This document shows positions 60,172 through 60,957 of a DNA stretch of 60,957 nucleotides, piece after piece. Every line of letters starts with the position of its first letter. Position 1 is the first letter of the stretch. Under the pieces are notes generated by a model, which was given only the letters and a program-made list of their open reading frames with translations, made no database searches and was not told the origin of the DNA. The translations under genes were made by a program, and so were the position numbers. Location: sequence record SRR20825019_2180. One strand, 5' to 3'.

Positions 60172-60877
60172 GCATAGAAGCAGCCTCCTCATCCAAAAAC
60201 CACACTAAATTCCCTGAGGACGGGTTGACCAAGGATGCAGGATAGGCATCGGAACCTTCGGTTTTTTCTATAACAGCTTCCACTTTTTCGGCTTTGGATG
60301 CCCCTGTGACCAAAAAAGCGACTTCTTTGGCGGTATTAATAACTTTTCCGTTGATGGAAACTCGTTTTTGTCCTGAATCGGGATGCGTTGCTACTACACA
60401 ATGATCTTCAGCATCCCAAAGTGCAATTTCGTGCGGGAAGATGGATGCCGTGTGACCGTCATCGCCCATACCCAAGATTACCAAATCAAATTGGGGCACC
60501 TTATCAACCCTGTCCAAATTTATTTCCAGTAGATTGGCATAACGCAATGCTTCATTAACGGGGTCTTTTTCGCCCAAAATTCTATGGATGTTCGCTTCGG
60601 GCACATCAATCTTGGAAAAAAGGTGCTCCACCGTCATTTTATAGTTGCTCTCATCATCCGAAGGAGGGACACAACGTTCGTCCCCCCAATAAAAATGTAC
60701 TTTACTCCAATCTACCTTACCGGCAAAATTATCCGCCAGTACATCAAAAACGATTTTTGGGGTGCTTCCTCCGGACAACGCCACATGAAAAGTAGCTCTA
60801 TCTTTCAACTGATCTACAAAATAGCTGGAAAATTGCTTAGCCACCTCTTGTTTATCCTTATATATTTTTAAATCCAT
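60152..60877 (-). CDS. pgl: 6-phosphogluconolactonase
   Basis: ALSGGSTP, WGDERCVP, SNY, LGMGDDGHTASIFP. Confidence 0.96.
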   Translation of the reverse strand: MDLKIYKDKQEVAKQFSSYFVDQLKDRATFHVALSGGSTPKIVFDVLADNFAGKVDWSKVHFYWGDERCVPPSDDESNYKMTVEHLFSKIDVPEANIHRILGEKDPVNEALRYANLLEINLDRVDKVPQFDLVILGMGDDGHTASIFPHEIALWDAEDHCVVATHPDSGQKRVSINGKVINTAKEVAFLVTGASKAEKVEAVIEKTEGSDAYPASLVNPSSGNLVWFLDEEAASMLNQNPS

Positions 60878-60893
60878 CTTGAATTAATTAGTT

Positions 60894-60957
60894 GTTCTCG
60901 ACTGCGATTGAACTGACATATTTTTTCCTGACTTCTGACTTCTGACTTCTGACTTCT
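60894..60957. repeat. Composite repeat: REP-like palindrome + TATTTTTTC + (CTGACTT)x4, truncated by window end
   Basis: GTTCTCGACTGCGATTGAACTGACA TATTTTTTC ctgactt ctgactt ctgactt ctgactt ct. Confidence 0.9.

Overview
A 61-kb housekeeping chromosomal segment of a Flavobacteriaceae (Bacteroidota) bacterium. This is inferred from gene content, the recurring TAnnTTTG -7 promoters and A-rich start regions without SD sequences; it resembles Muricauda/Flagellimonas. It carries about 58 genes, including dnaA (not linked to dnaN), mltG, dapF, htrA, a long-form GAPDH, trmD-rplS, monomeric icd, hisS, rpsF-rpsR-rplI, priA, nadC, rlmH, a SerB-SerA fusion, rdgB, a DEAD-box helicase, GH13 and GH43 hydrolases, cobB, purB, mscS, an ECF sigma/anti-sigma/2xDUF4252 operon, a cobalamin riboswitch-btuB divergent from a BtuFCD-like ABC transporter, rmuC and pgl. 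I saw no prophage, transposase, CRISPR array, tRNA or rRNA. The most interesting signals are non-coding: (1) a ~380-nt promoter-to-terminator unit with many hairpins between rplS and icd (candidate sRNA); (2) a ~70-nt hairpin with a competing fold and an embedded ECF-like promoter inside the sigma/DUF4252 operon; (3) a composite REP-like + TATTTTTTC + heptamer-array element present twice, with heptamer arrays at both window ends; (4) several genes whose promoter geometry predicts leaderless mRNAs. None is proven novel. Family and DUF names are from recall, not from database searches.
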